This document shows positions 49,601 to 63,025 of a stretch of 64,000 nucleotides of DNA, piece after piece. The notes beneath the pieces are model-generated. The model did no database searches and was not told the origin of the DNA. It saw nothing but the letters and a program-made list of their open reading frames with translations. Position numbers and translations under genes: made by a program. Source of the DNA: Malacoraja senta. Taxonomy: Eukaryota. The stretch covers positions 2,296,001 to 2,360,000 of the forward strand of contig CM075993.1 in the NCBI GenBank assembly GCA_038087875.1, written 5' to 3'. Each line of letters begins with the position of its first letter. Position 1 is the first letter of the stretch.

Positions 49601-51498
49601 ATGAGTGCTTTTGTGCTGATCAGCATGGAAAAAAACATGCTTTCCAATTCCATTGCATTTCCTCATTCTTTTGTGCATTGTGCATAACTGGTTTACTTGC
49701 TTAAAGAAGTTATTGAAATGAGTACATTGTACTGTTGATAAATCAAAAATAAAATGTCTCTATAACTCATCCTTGTGGCAGAGGCTGCTCAGATATCAGG
49801 CCAAGCTGTGCACACCACCACCTCCTGGTGCTCAATTCCAAGACTTTTCACATGAATTTGCCACGTAGATATGCAGAGAATGGAGGGATACATTCTGCCA
49901 GGCCTAGGCAGAAGGGATTAGTTTAATTTGGCATCAAGCTGAGTATACACCTTGTGGGCCGAAGGAACTATTCCGGTGCTGTGCTGTTCGATGTTCATGT
50001 GATCACTAATAATTTGTAAAGTACATTGTCTTTGGTCAATGCCTATTTTATTACTTTTTGATTCTGGTTTTCTACAGTATCTTAAACCAAGTGGTCCAGA
50101 AGCCTACGCTGAATTCTGTCCCATCTGTTTGCTCTATAAACAGATTACTGATCCTCAGTATATTAGGCAGCATACAGTATGAAGAGAAGGTAAACATTTC
50201 AAGTTGAAGGTCCTGACCTAAAACGTCATTTGTCCATTCCCTCTGCAAATGCTGCCTGATCCACTGAGTTCGTCCAGGACTGGGAGTGGAATCAGATATG
50301 ATAGCAAACATTTAAAAGGCAGTGGAATATTGATCATGTGACTTCTTTCGTCAGAGGGTGGTGAATCTGGGGAATTTTTTGCCACAGAAGGCTGTAGAGG
50401 CCAAGTCAGTGGATATTTTTAAGGCAGAGATTGATAGATTCTTGATTAGTACGGGTGTCAGTGGTTATGGTGAGAAGGCAGGAGAATGGGGTTAGGAGGG
50501 AAAGATAAATCAGCCATGATTGAATGGTGGAGTAGACTTGATGGGCTGAATGGCCTAATTCTACTCCTATTCCTTATGAGCTTGACTTATGACCTTATGT
50601 GCAAGTAGATGGGATTTGTTTAAATTGGCATCATTGCTTAATTTAAAAGTTGCAGGCTGAAGGGTCTTTCCTTGTGCTGTACTCTTCTATGTTCTAAACT
50701 GTTGGCTAATAGTCCAGCCATATGCCCCTCTCTACTTCTCGCAGAGTACCATCAAAAAATACTTTTTATAAACCTTATCCTGGAACATCAAGATCCATAG
50801 CAATGATCTAAAGTAATGAAAGTACAATACCTAACAGACTGGAGCCAAATAACTGAGATTGCACGGTAGTGCAGCAGTAGAGATGCAGCCTTACAGCACC
50901 AGAGACCCGAGTTCAATCCTACGTTTGCTGTCTGTACGGAGTTTGTATGTTCTCCCTGTGACGGCGTGGTTTTTCCCTGGTTTCCTCCCACATTCCAAAA
51001 ACATGTAGGTTTGTAGGTTAATTGGCTTTGGCAACAATTGTAAATTGTCCCACTATAGAGCCAGTGTACTGGGTTCGCTGATCAGCACGAACTCGGTGGG
51101 CCGGAGGGCCTGTTTACATGCTGTATCTCTAAACTAAACTTTAAACTGAATTATACTGAATTTGTGACCTGTTGCACTTTGTAACTTGGACCTACCTCTT
51201 AGTTCAGAACTAATTCTCAAAAGAAATGTGTCAGGTACTCCACTATCAACATAAGACACATTTCTAAAGAAATTCTTGTTTTAATTATCGGACAAATTCA
51301 TTGGATTTGCATTAATAAAATAAATGATCATTTAAACTGTTTGCTCATGAAAGGCACTAGCAGACCAATAATCTAGAAGGGAGATGTTAAAATAAAGAGA
51401 ATACATCAATGTATTGGGTAAGAAGACAGAATTAATGAAAAGTTATGTAATTTATAGCAATTATCTTCTGCAGCACCAATGAAGGGAGGTCAACCAAG

Positions 51499-51660
51499 TC
51501 ATTCTTCTATCAGCTTTTTAAGTTCCTGCTCCACTTGTTCCACAAATGCTGGGAAACTCTGATCCATAAGACAGAGTCTCAAGAAAGGGCCAAGCTCTTC
51601 CGTGTTCAGTGTTGATTGTTGATAGGCCAAAGGCAGATTAGATTTATCTCCAAGCATAGA
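51499..51660 (-). CDS. REC114: REC114 last coding exon: ...EELGPFLRLCLMDQSFPAFVEQVEQELKKLIEE*
   Basis: Conserved REC114 C-terminal motif; acceptor CCCCACAG; TGA at 51501-51499. Confidence 0.95.
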   Translation of the reverse strand, partial: SMLGDKSNLPLAYQQSTLNTEELGPFLRLCLMDQSFPAFVEQVEQELKKLIEE

Positions 51661-54600
51661 CTGTGGGGAAAATAAAAATCCAAGTTATATAACTAAACCT
51701 ATGTTAACACATATAAATACCTGAAAATTAGTTGTTTTCTTAAGCTTTGATGTAGAGCTTTCATTAGAAAACCAACCATAAAGTATAAAGGTAACGCAAG
51801 AAAAAAAACTGTTTAACCTTTCAAATGTTTATTGAGGGTGAAAGCTCATATTCTCCACATTTTTCCTGCAGAGATGTGCAATGGAATAAATAAAAAAAAT
51901 ATTCATACATTCATTGTAAACACCAAGAAATCCAGGTAGATCTCCTCACTTCAACATCCGATGTTGGCTGGAAAATTTACCCTACTGTTACGTGTCAATT
52001 ATGCTTTTTATTGCTAAATGACAGGTTTCAATGTAAACAATAAAAATAAATATGCTGACTCAAATTTGCACCTCAATGGCACTGATCTTTACAAATGCAG
52101 CAGTGTAAAATTGAAGACTCACTGGCATCTATTGTGTACTCTAGTTAAATCAATCAATCACTAGTATTCTAATGCCTATTGGTATTAAGGAAGATATTGT
52201 GACCGAGGTATTTCTTGGCACAGAAATGTTAATTTATATATAGCGCAACAATAAGAAGGAATTTCTGTTTGTGGATGGAAATATTTCATAAATAATGTGG
52301 CGACATAATGCTAAAATTGGAAGAACACAGTAATCGTGCTGTCACCCCATTTATCAGAATACGTATTGTATTCTGAATACCCCAGAATACCTGGAGAGAA
52401 GGAATGGGTGACGTCTCGACCCAAAACATCACCTATTCCTTCTCTCCAGAGATGCTGCCTGCCCCGCTGAGTTACTCCAGGTTTTTGTGTCTATCTTGGC
52501 CCTGAATGATCTTCGCAACACTGACAAATCAGCGAATGTCATGGTCATGAGCAAATTTGTGAACCTCTTAAACTCATTCCATCCATCTGTTCCTTGCTTC
52601 ATAGATTCGCTGTTGGTCCTCAATGCTTATCACCTCTGGAGCTGGCCCCATAGCAGAATCGTCCACGTCGCGGGTCTGGAAACTGGAAGTATCCTGAGCT
52701 AATTCTGCTATTGCGACAAGTGATGGCCTCCACTGATTGTCGCCGGAAGCTTGCGTCCTTTTCAGGACGGACGATGACAGCGAGGTCAACGTTTGTAACA
52801 AGATGGACACAGAAAGAAGAAGAGCTGTGGAGCTACTTTTTTTCCCCATAAAGGCATGGTGCAGGAATCTAGTAATACCTTGTGCCTGAAGTCAATTCTC
52901 ACCAAACCAGTCATGTTGTTTTACCGGTATAGAAATCAATCACTTCACAGATGCAAAGTATGCTGGCCTTCACGTCTGCCCAGATGCTCGAGACGCTTTA
53001 CAGATATTTCCTAGTTGGGACTTAGCAGGTTTTCTATTAACCACTGTCCGAATGAGTTCTTGTTTTAGGGTTCCTCGAGTGCAGATTTTCTTGCAATGTT
53101 TCAGTTATTGCTGTTATTTTGGAACCCAATTGAAAGATCAGGCAATGCAAACGTGATCAGTACTTGCCATGGCATCTTGGTGGTTTTTAGCTCGGACAAT
53201 TATATAATCTAACAGGCGCTAGGGTCCTCTTTGGGGATATTACCATAAGTGTTTCTTGTCTCTCTATTAATTCGCAGTGTTGGTTATGACAAAAATGTAT
53301 TCCAAACAATGATATAAGATGATCACACACTGAAGTAGTTTTTCCTATACCCTCCATGCCAAACACATCTTGTGAAAGAGTTGAATTTTGTCTGACCAAT
53401 TTGAAGTTGCCCTGGCAAATAACCTTGTTTCCATTTGCAACATGGGACAGGGTTCCTGAAGCTCAGAGCATATAACCACCTTTGCTTCATCTGTCTCTTT
53501 CAGGATTGGAATGTAAGAGCTAGTGACTATGTAATCACATCATTCTGTTTCCATGCAGTATTGAGCGGGAGCATCCAGTAATGCCACAGGGACTGATGCA
53601 TGCCAACCTAAAACATCATCTGTCCATTCCCTCAGTAGATGTTGCCTGATCCACAGCATTCCACCAGCAGTTTCTTTTTTGCTAGTGTGCTGTGTATACA
53701 AGTATACGGGTTCTAATGTCATGTATGGTGCCAAAGAGAACACACTTCAAAACGCTTCGAGAAATGTAAGACACAGCACAATGTTCCTGTGTAATGTTGA
53801 AAGAAAATCAAGGATTTATCAAACACATAGTCTGTTGCGCCTAAACCTCTGTTCCTGCATCATCACAAAGTGAGCTTTTCATCACGTTTGAGATATTTAT
53901 TTTACCATTTCCAAATTCACCCGAATGTGGCTGATTGGCAATTGTAAACGGATTCTGATGCTAATCCAGGTTGAAATCATAGTTTTGGTGAGGTCTATGC
54001 ACGGATTGATTAAATTATGTTATTATCGTCAACATTTCTCAAGTAAATTATCGTATCTCACTGTTTCAACACAAACACCAGGTATTAAAACAGATAATAA
54101 TTTAGTCTGCAGCAGAATTAAATTTGTTTTGTGGTCACATTAAACAAAATATATGCAGAAACAATGACATTCCATTGTTAACCTCTTTTGCAATTTCTCC
54201 TACTTTTTGGTTATCATTACTTGTTGATCACCAAGTGTAAAATAGACGTACATCAGTAAGAAAAAAAAATACTGATGGAATCATAGAAATGTATGGCACA
54301 AGATATGACTGTCCCACGATTTGTACCTCGCCCTAAATAACAGTTATTATGACCAATCTTATTTTCCAGGTCTTATTGTAAGGTCACCATTTCTTGTTGT
54401 CATCCATGTACTCTCCGAATGAGACAATGGTTTCAGGCAGTGATTCCAGATGCTCAACATTCTTAGGATGATTTTATATTTCTCAACTCCTCTTTGTATT
54501 GTATTGTATTCAATTTATTGTCATTATCTCATAAGAGACAACGAAATGGATTTTCCTTACAGTCATGTATCATAAAAATAAATAACAAATCAATAAAAAA

Positions 54601-56244
54601 ATAAAAAATAAAAAAGCACAAACACAGAAGTCCACACGCAACATAATCCCACAGCGGCACTCTTATGACTATTACATGAGAACTATGCGCTGTTTATTGA
54701 CCCAACTGTTAAAAAGAACGTGGATCTTCCTATTTAAAATAAAAGCACAGAATGCCAAAAAAAATCAACAAATCAGGCTGCTCTGATAAAGGAGTCTTTG
54801 TCCTGAAAAGTTAACTTTTTTTTCCTGAGATGGAATCTGACCTGCTGAGGTTTTTTCCCAGCATTTTCTGTTTTTATTTCAAATTTAGAGTATCTACAGG
54901 TTCTTGATGTCCCTCCCATTTACTCTGTTTAAACTTTTAAGATTGTGGACACTCTCTAAAACTGCATCAAAAAAGTACCTCAAAAGAAGGAAAATGTGGC
55001 ATATTGGAGTATGTACAATAAACAAGGATAGCAAGCTCTCCAGATGCCACCTGCATTGCTCCAGAATTCTTTTTTTTAAACGATAGAAAGCCATGATATT
55101 AAGCTGTAATATTAGTCCAGTACAAGGGGCAATAGACTTTTATTTGGTGTCCTTTTAGAACTTTTTTCAGGGAACCTGGATCCTATTGCCTGAGTAGCAA
55201 ATGGTAAACTATCAGCGAATATAACAGTGCCCTTGGAGCTCTTTCCAGAAAGTCAGTAAATTGTCTTGAACTGTTGGACACCCCCAGCTCCTGTCATTGT
55301 ACAAATATTCCTATTCCGATTTCCCTATTTACCATTTATAGGGTAGACAGTCAGAACTTTTTTCTCAGTGTGGGAAATGTCATGGACTAGAGAGTGAGAT
55401 GGGCAAAGTTTAAAGTGCATGTGCAAGGCATTTTTTCCCCTTTACACAGAGGGTGGTGGGTGCCTGGAACACGCTGCCAGGGGTGGTGGTGAAGCATTGA
55501 CATTTAGGGGTGTTTTAGATTGGTACACGGATATATATGGAATGGAGGGATATGGATCATGTGCATGAGATTTCTTTATATTGGTATCATGTTCAGCAGA
55601 CATCATGGGCTGAGGGGCCTGTTCGTGTGCTGTCCATGTTCCATGTTCACCCCACCTTCCCATCACCACTCCTATTTATCTCCTCTTCCCTCAAACATCC
55701 ATCACTTGGACCCTCTGCCTTTCCTCAACATTTACCCCTGAGGTTAACAATATTGCCATTTGACATTACGATCCATCAAGAACCCAGCCCTTATGTTTTC
55801 CAAACCATATATCAATTGGAACTACCACCACTGCTTCATCTCTCTCAAGTTCCACACACTGCACAGACCTTTGCATGCCAGTTCATCTGACAGCTATCAC
55901 TTCTGCACCACACCCCATTCAGAACCCAACCTTGAAAAAGAACAGATTACCAGATAAGATCTTTTCAAATATCCATTCAGTTGCATTGAAAGCCTTGGGA
56001 CATTACACAAATGTGTGGAAACCCAAAACAGTATCTGATCACCTTCTGCAAACTCTACTGAAAGGATAAATTAAATCTGAAAGTTTTCAAGTCCAGATGG
56101 TGCTTGTCAAAAAAAATCTATTCAAGCTCAACTGAATCTCACTCAGAAGTAGCAAGGTTGATTCTCTGAAATAATCTTATCCTGATTGCAAAAGGTTTGA
56201 TTCAAACTAAAAGGTAAAACGAAACCTGATTATTTTTTACCTAC

Positions 56245-56325
56245 CTTTGCTAGTTGCTTAATTGACATCCTACCCTCGGAAAGGGTGTTGTGTGTTAGCG
56301 TTTGCCCTTCCTCTATATCACGTGT
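56245..56325 (-). CDS. REC114: REC114 exon: TRDIEEGQTLTHNTLSEGRMSIKQLAK
   Basis: GR.S..QLA motif; 81 nt, phase 0-0; good acceptor and AAG|GTAGGT donor. Confidence 0.85.
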
Positions 56326-59173
56326 CTGCAATAAAAATATAGGAGAGTAACCAATTTGCACACAAGGTCCAATAAAAATCAATGTATAACCAAATACTAA
56401 TATATCTTTCTGAAGAAAGGTCTCGACCTGAAACATCACCCATTCCTTCTCTCCACAGATGCTGCTTGTCCCGCTGAGTTACTCCAACATTTTGGGTCTA
56501 TCTTCGGTATAAACCAGCATCTGCAGTTCCTTCCTTCACATGATGTCTTTCCACATTTATTTAGTTTTGAGGATTTATGTGGAACTGGCATGGAACTCTT
56601 CCCGCTCGCGCTTGATGATGAGACCGCTTTGTGAGCCTCTAATCCTTTGGTGAAAGTGCACAAATGCCATTGGGTAATAAACTCAAAAATGTAGGCTCAG
56701 CGATGACAAAGCAACAGCAATGTGTTTGCCAGTCATAATGGTGTGCAATTCTGAAAGAACTGGCAGGTGGTATACGCACCTGTTCTTTGTCCTCTTGGTG
56801 TGGGAGGTGCTGTCAGAATCACCTGGGTGAGTAGCTGCAGTGAATTTTGTAGATGACACACACTGCAGCCACCCTATGCTGGATGTGAAGGAAATTAATG
56901 TTTAGGGTAGTTGACAGGGTGCCAATCAAGTAAGCTTGTGTATCTCGATGTTGGCAAGTTTCCTGGATACATCCAGACATATGGTGAGTGATGTGTTTCA
57001 TATAGTTAGGAACATTTTGGAATGCCAGTCAGTCACTCACCACCGGATCACCACTCACTGACCTGACCTTAAGTCAGTATTTATGGGGACAGCTGAGTTT
57101 CGCATCTTAGTAAAGGCACTGAATGTCTCGCGAGGTGAAGAATAGTCATTGTATTGGTCTTCAGTGGCACACCGCCTCCACTTCTTTAGAGAAGGCTTAG
57201 GAAGTTTGGCCAAGACCGTAAGAAATTGCAGCACCATCCAAAACAGCAAGAAATTGTAGCGAATTGTGGAAGCAGTCCAGAACATCACCCTTCTATTGAC
57301 TCTCACGCTGCCTCTGCTGTTATCAGGCAACTGAATCATCGTACCACACCCAGAGAACAGTGCTGAACTACTATCTACCTCATTGGTGACGCTCAGACTA
57401 TCCTTGATTGGATTTTGCTGTCTTTACTTTGCACTAAACATTATTCCCTTACCATGTATCATGTACACTGTAAATGGCTTGATTGTAATCATGTATTGTC
57501 TTTCTGCTGACTGGTTAGCATACACCAAAAGCTTTTCACTGTACCTCGGTACACGTGACAATAAACTAAACTGAAACTGAATGTTACTTGACAATTCTCT
57601 GTACATGCCCGAAAGTTATTTATGTCTTGTTGCATGCAGATTTTAACTGCTTCATTTACTGAATTGAGAATGGAATTGAACATTGTGGAGTCATCAGCAA
57701 ACATCTCAATTTCTGACACTATAATGGAAGGAAAATCATTGATACAGTAGTTAAAAATAATTAAGCCTAGACTATGACCCTTTGGAACTCCTGCAGTGAT
57801 AACTTGAACTGACTTAATTGACTGGAACTATCTTCCTATCTATGTTCTTTCCCTCCTTCATGTCTGATGACTTACTTCATTTTTACTAGACCTTGATGCT
57901 TTTTTTGGTCAAATGCTGCTTTTACATCAAGGTAGTCATTCTCACCTCACCCTGAAAATCAACTGTTTGGTACATGCTTCGATGAAGATTGTTATGAGGT
58001 CTGAAGCCAAACAAAATCCAGACTGGGCATCCTTAGCAAGTGCCACTTGATAAAAGTGATGGAAGGTATCGTCAGCAATCGTTTTGTTGATGACTGAATG
58101 TATACTCTTTGGGCAGTATTTATTATGAAATGAGAGGTGATGCTTTTTGTCAACAGGACATAACGCCCCCCCCCCCCCCCCTCGGCACCACCCCCCACCC
58201 CTGTGCCTTGTCCTGCCTTGCCTTTAACTATTCAATGTCAAATGATACTTGATTTTTTTTGCTAAACAGCATTTAAATCTGTTTTGCTGTAACGGATGCC
58301 AGAGAAATTGTTGCTGTTGCTGGCACAATTGAAGGTAAAAAAAATGTTGCTGGACTTTCTCTTGTCAAGCAGGTCATTATTTGTCACGTGTGCTGGAAAT
58401 ATTACCTGTTAAATTTCATCTACAATCTGGATATCATCCAGTTCCTGTTGTAGGATGACATGGGTTGCCTCATTATCAAAGGAGCTATGTATGGAGCCAA
58501 GAACTGCCAAAGTGTTAGTCAACATGCTGAAACTGACCTTATGACAAGAGGCCATTAATAAAGCAGCTATTGATCTATGAAGAATTCATGTTGCGATATG
58601 TTGGTGCTATGATGCTGGTTTCCAATGACAACTAATTTCCTCTATGGCAGCTCTCATTTTAGCTGTTGAAGTTTCCAAGTGTCCCCTGACTTCAGTTTTT
58701 CAGCTGGGTAATTAGTTCAGACACAACTGCATTGAAAAAACAATTATAAAGTGGTGGGAATAACCATAATTTCACCATCATTACTGTATAGTCTTAATGA
58801 GAAAAGATAAATAGTTTACAGAGGATTTCTAGCAAAGACATATTAATGTTGAGGTATAGCTTAAGAAAATGACAGCTGGTCTTGCTCACCAACACCAGCA
58901 CAAATAGTGATTCTACTCACACTGTGCAGCTTTTAATGCATCCTACTCTGTTACACCACTTGCAGATAAGTTGCTTGTCAGTGCTGCATGAGATTTTGCA
59001 GGTACAAAGCATTCATGTTATCAAGAGTGTTCATCTTGAATGTTTGATAGCATGTCAACATTACACTGTTACACGAACATCAGCGCAGGTGTCAGATTAG
59101 GACTTTACAATAAATTGCATCAAAATAAACTGGAGCTGGGTGGGAGCTGTTAATTCACTCTCTGTTATCCTAC

Positions 59174-59365
59174 CTCCAACTCCAGACTTCCAGACTGGTT
59201 GCTGTCAGCTGTCTGGCTCGACAATAGAGCTTGATTCCCAGTCTTTCCTGCAGCATATTGTACATGTATATACAGGAGTAGTTTTTGCACACAGTTGGAG
59301 CAGTGCTCTAGAGCTTGCTCGTGTGAATCTCCGCTGAACTGCACTCGAAACATTCGGCTTTCATT
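59174..59365 (-). CDS. REC114: REC114 exon: NESRMFRVQFSGDSHEQALEHCSNCVQKL...
   Basis: SR.FRVQFSG.S.EQALEHC..CVQKL signature; 192 nt; AG/GT. Confidence 0.94.
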
Positions 59366-59928
59366 CTATCAAAGAGAACAAATGAAGGCACTTTATTCAA
59401 ATTTTCGGTTTTTAACTAAATAGAATAATTACTTGCTCTATATGAACTGTCAAAACTTCTTAGAATCAAACGTATTTAGATTCTACAAGGTTTGTACATT
59501 CTTTTGAAAACTTCTATTCTTAGATGACACAGCATGATTTCACAGCATGAACTCTCAAATTGCTTTAATTCATCATTAAGTTGTTAGTTTCCCTGCCGGA
59601 TAAATGGAACTTAGATATTATCTATTTGTCAGCTGTTCAGAGATGCTACAAACAATTACATTTGACGGGATGACAATAGGGAGAGTAAACTGATGAGGGG
59701 AAACTTCAAAAACTTTACATTGAAGCATTGAAACAGTAGGGTAGCAATTCATCCTTACTCCAGTACACAAAATATAAACAGGTTGTAGTTCACCAATGAT
59801 TCATGGTTCCATTGAAGTCAACTTGGAATCTTACCAGAAAATAAAAGCTGAAGAATCAAAATTAAATAAAATGCACTGGCAAAAACAAGTTCTCGTTCCA
59901 GTCCAAGAAGAAAGCTACAATTTCTTAC

Positions 59929-60012
59929 CTTAACTTTAGATCCAAAGAGCACACAATCTGCTCTCCGTACTGCTTTCCACCATTTGTGAGCTTCAATGAG
60001 AGAAAATCCTTC
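59929..60012 (-). CDS. REC114: REC114 internal exon: EGFSLIEAHKWWKAVRRADCVLFGSKVK (upstream exons not found in window)
   Basis: Resembles the vertebrate REC114 segment EGFSLI...VRR.DC.LFG; 84 nt, phase 0-0; AG/GT. Confidence 0.92.
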
Positions 60013-60399
60013 CTGCAAACAAAATACGTACAATCCTCAGATGTACCTCTAGGCACAGAGTAAAGATTATTCTTGCTTTGAGTGCTGAATTCCTGAATCC
60101 AATTCTTTTTATATAATAAATGATTTTCAAGGCTCACAGTGCAGCAAAAAATAAACATGCAGTTGCAGAAGTATAGCAAAACCTAAAGCCCGAGTACTGA
60201 ATTCAAATTCAGAATGCTTAATACATGTGTGGGCCTCTACGAACATTGGATAATCTAAAGATTACATTTCTGAGGGGATATAAATGTGCCTTATTGTGAG
60301 AGTGAATTCATTCAAAAATGCTTTCCAAAAAAAAGTCCTGATGTGAAATGGGGAGGTAAGTATTCAACCAGTTAAGATGCAACTCTGAATTTTATCACG

Positions 60400-60675
60400 T
60401 TACTGTACATCGAGGTACTGCCTGGCTGCGCAATGTATCTGGCATTTTGAAAGGACTGTTAAAGTAGATAAATGAACTTCTTCACTGCACTCTGGACACA
60501 TGGGCCAGCAGCAGTCACGAGAATGATGTATCTCTCTTATTCGCTTGAGGTGTTCCTGTTTGTACAGAGGTGACCTATGGAGGATCCTACCACCGGAAAG
60601 CTTTGCTGCACAGCACAGGTTTTCCATCACAGAACTCAACTTCAGAACTCTATCATCCTCGTTCTGCTCATGCAT
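60400..60675 (-). mobile_element. Decayed RTE-clade RT C-terminal remnant
   Basis: PLYKQEHLKRIREIHH...TVLSKCQI resembles RTE 'WTLYRRHLK.LE.FHQ...VL..A.I'; weak, by eye. Confidence 0.4.
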
Positions 60676-62534
60676 ATCTGGTAAATTAAATTCTGCAAAG
60701 ATTATTAAAAAATTATAAAATTATAAAAAAATAGCAAGGGTGATCACCAGATAACCAAGCTATGTGCCTAAAGCACATATATATACTGATATATATATAT
60801 ATATATATATATACTGATATATAGAAGATACTGATATAGAGATGCTGTCTGTCCCGCTGAGTTACTCCAGCATTTTGTGTCTACCTTTGATTTAAACCAG
60901 CATCTGCAGTTCTTTCCTACACATATATACTGATATAAATAGATTGTGTTATTAAGAACATGCTAGAATTTCTTACAGAATAACTTTAAAATACTGCATT
61001 TACCACTCACCAAAACAAAAAATCACAGGTATATATATGTTCATTTTTATTTCTAGCCACTGATCATTGTTTCAAATTGAGATGCCATCCAGTACAGACC
61101 ATTGTGCTTTAAATTACCATATAAATATGACAAAGATTTCATCTATAAAGTTTTGTGTCTTTCTTTTCCAAATGTTATTTCATTTCCGGCACTTAGAATA
61201 TCAAGTCACATCCGTTTACATTCATGACGGTTTATGTTACCAATTTTCCCCGATGTTACATTTGAACGCTTTCAACCAATAGCAACAGAATAATTATACA
61301 CCATAGTAATTTATCAAAGATGACAGGGTAATTACAGTTGAGGAAGGCCAATTGACCCATTTTCAGCTCATCCAGCTGCAAAAAGCTGTTTCCATTTGTT
61401 GTTTCTATTTACATCTTCCAGTTGTTTGCTCATCACTTCAGCTGGCAGCCCATTCCAGGTGTCAGTCTTGTAACAGAGCTGCTGTTGTTGATGCAATATT
61501 CATTTTATTATGAGAATCGGTGTACTTTAGTCTCAGCATATAATTTGAAGCAATATTGTACACTTTCTTTTAACATGTCCTTCAGTAGGCAACACATCTC
61601 TAAATTAAAAGATTATGGGTTTAAATCCCACTTCAGAGAGCATAAACGTCCAGACTAACACTGAGGGAAGTATCGTCATTTATTTGAAACACCAAACCAT
61701 GAATCTATCTTCACGCAAGTGGATGTAAAAATCCAAGGTACCATTTTAAAAGTAGGACAGTTATGACTGGTGTTCTGGCCAATACTTGCTCTGTTGTCAA
61801 CATCAGTAAAAGCAGATTACCTAGTCATTATTAGGTTGCTGTTTGTGAGAATTTTCCATGCATTAATTGTCTATCACATTTTCCACTGTAAAGCAGGCAA
61901 GTAATTCATATGTTGTGAAATTTCAGGATATGCTGAAATGGATATTAAAAACCATTACGTAAACACATGTCACTCTGGTCTATTCTTTAAACTGAGATAC
62001 TCATAAGATAAGCCATGGTTGAACAGCTTGAGTTTTTCCATTTGTTTCTAAGAATGGGGCTAGGCTATTGAATTAGATTGTGTCTGATCTATATCACAAT
62101 TCCTTTTATCTATTTCTGCGCAGTAATCCTTGCTCAACCAGTTAAGCAATGAACATTTTATGTATCTGCAATTTTTTATGAAGTCTCCGATTAACACTAC
62201 CCTCTGCATGTAAAACACCTTCCATTAAATAGCACAATTCCAAGTTAAGATTATGTTTTTGTTTTTTTAATTATTCCACCAGAATCAATAGCTTGTATCT
62301 AGCTATCCTATCAAATGCCTCTAATCATTTTAAACATCTCAGAATTCATGAGGCAAGGAATTCAATAATTATGCAAGCCCAAAGATGATTAACGGCTTGG
62401 ACAAGTATTAAAGTATAAAACAGTCGACCCCTAAATCATTCAAATTTTGCACAAGGTAAGAAAAAACATTTGATGTAGATTGCATCACCACACAGCAGAG
62501 GGCGTAAGAGGAACACACAAGTAGGGTCTGAAGA

Positions 62535-63025
62535 GTCAAGAGTGTTTTTTGTCATATGTCCCAGATAGAACAATTAAATTCTTACTTGCTGCAGCACAAC
62601 AGAATATGTAAACATAGTACATAAACGAGAGAAAAAAAGTTCAGTGTGTATGTATATATATATATATACATACACACATTCACACATACTCAAAAAACAA
62701 ACAATTATAGTGCAATAATAAGTCTGTTGTAGTTCAGAGCTTATTTGTTGTTGTGTTTAATAGCCTGAAGGCTGAAGGAAAGAAGCTGTTCCTGAACCTG
62801 GACGTTACAGTTTTCAGGCTCCTGTACCTTCTTCCCGATGGCAGTGGTGAAATGAGTGTGTGGCCAGGATGGTGAGGGTCTCTGATGATGTAAGCTGCCT
62901 TTTTGAGGCAGCGACTCCGATAAATCACTTTGATGGTGGGGAGGTCAGAGCCGGTGATGGACTGGGCAGTGATCACAACTTTTTGCAGTCTTTTCCGCTC
63001 CTGGACGTCCAAGTTGCCAAACCAG
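62535..63025 (-). mobile_element. Rex1/Babar LINE 3' fragment (related pieces near 38115-38245, 45770-46035, 47420-47600, 57165-57580)
   Basis: WFGN...RLQKVV.TAQSITG..LP...DPHHPGH.L...LPSGRRYR...RFRNSFFP translation. Confidence 0.85.

Noticed and set aside
60400..60675. Cys-rich 91-aa ORF as a REC114 exon or new gene
   Set aside because: No REC114 similarity, ends in a stop within an intron, and resembles decayed RTE reverse transcriptase.
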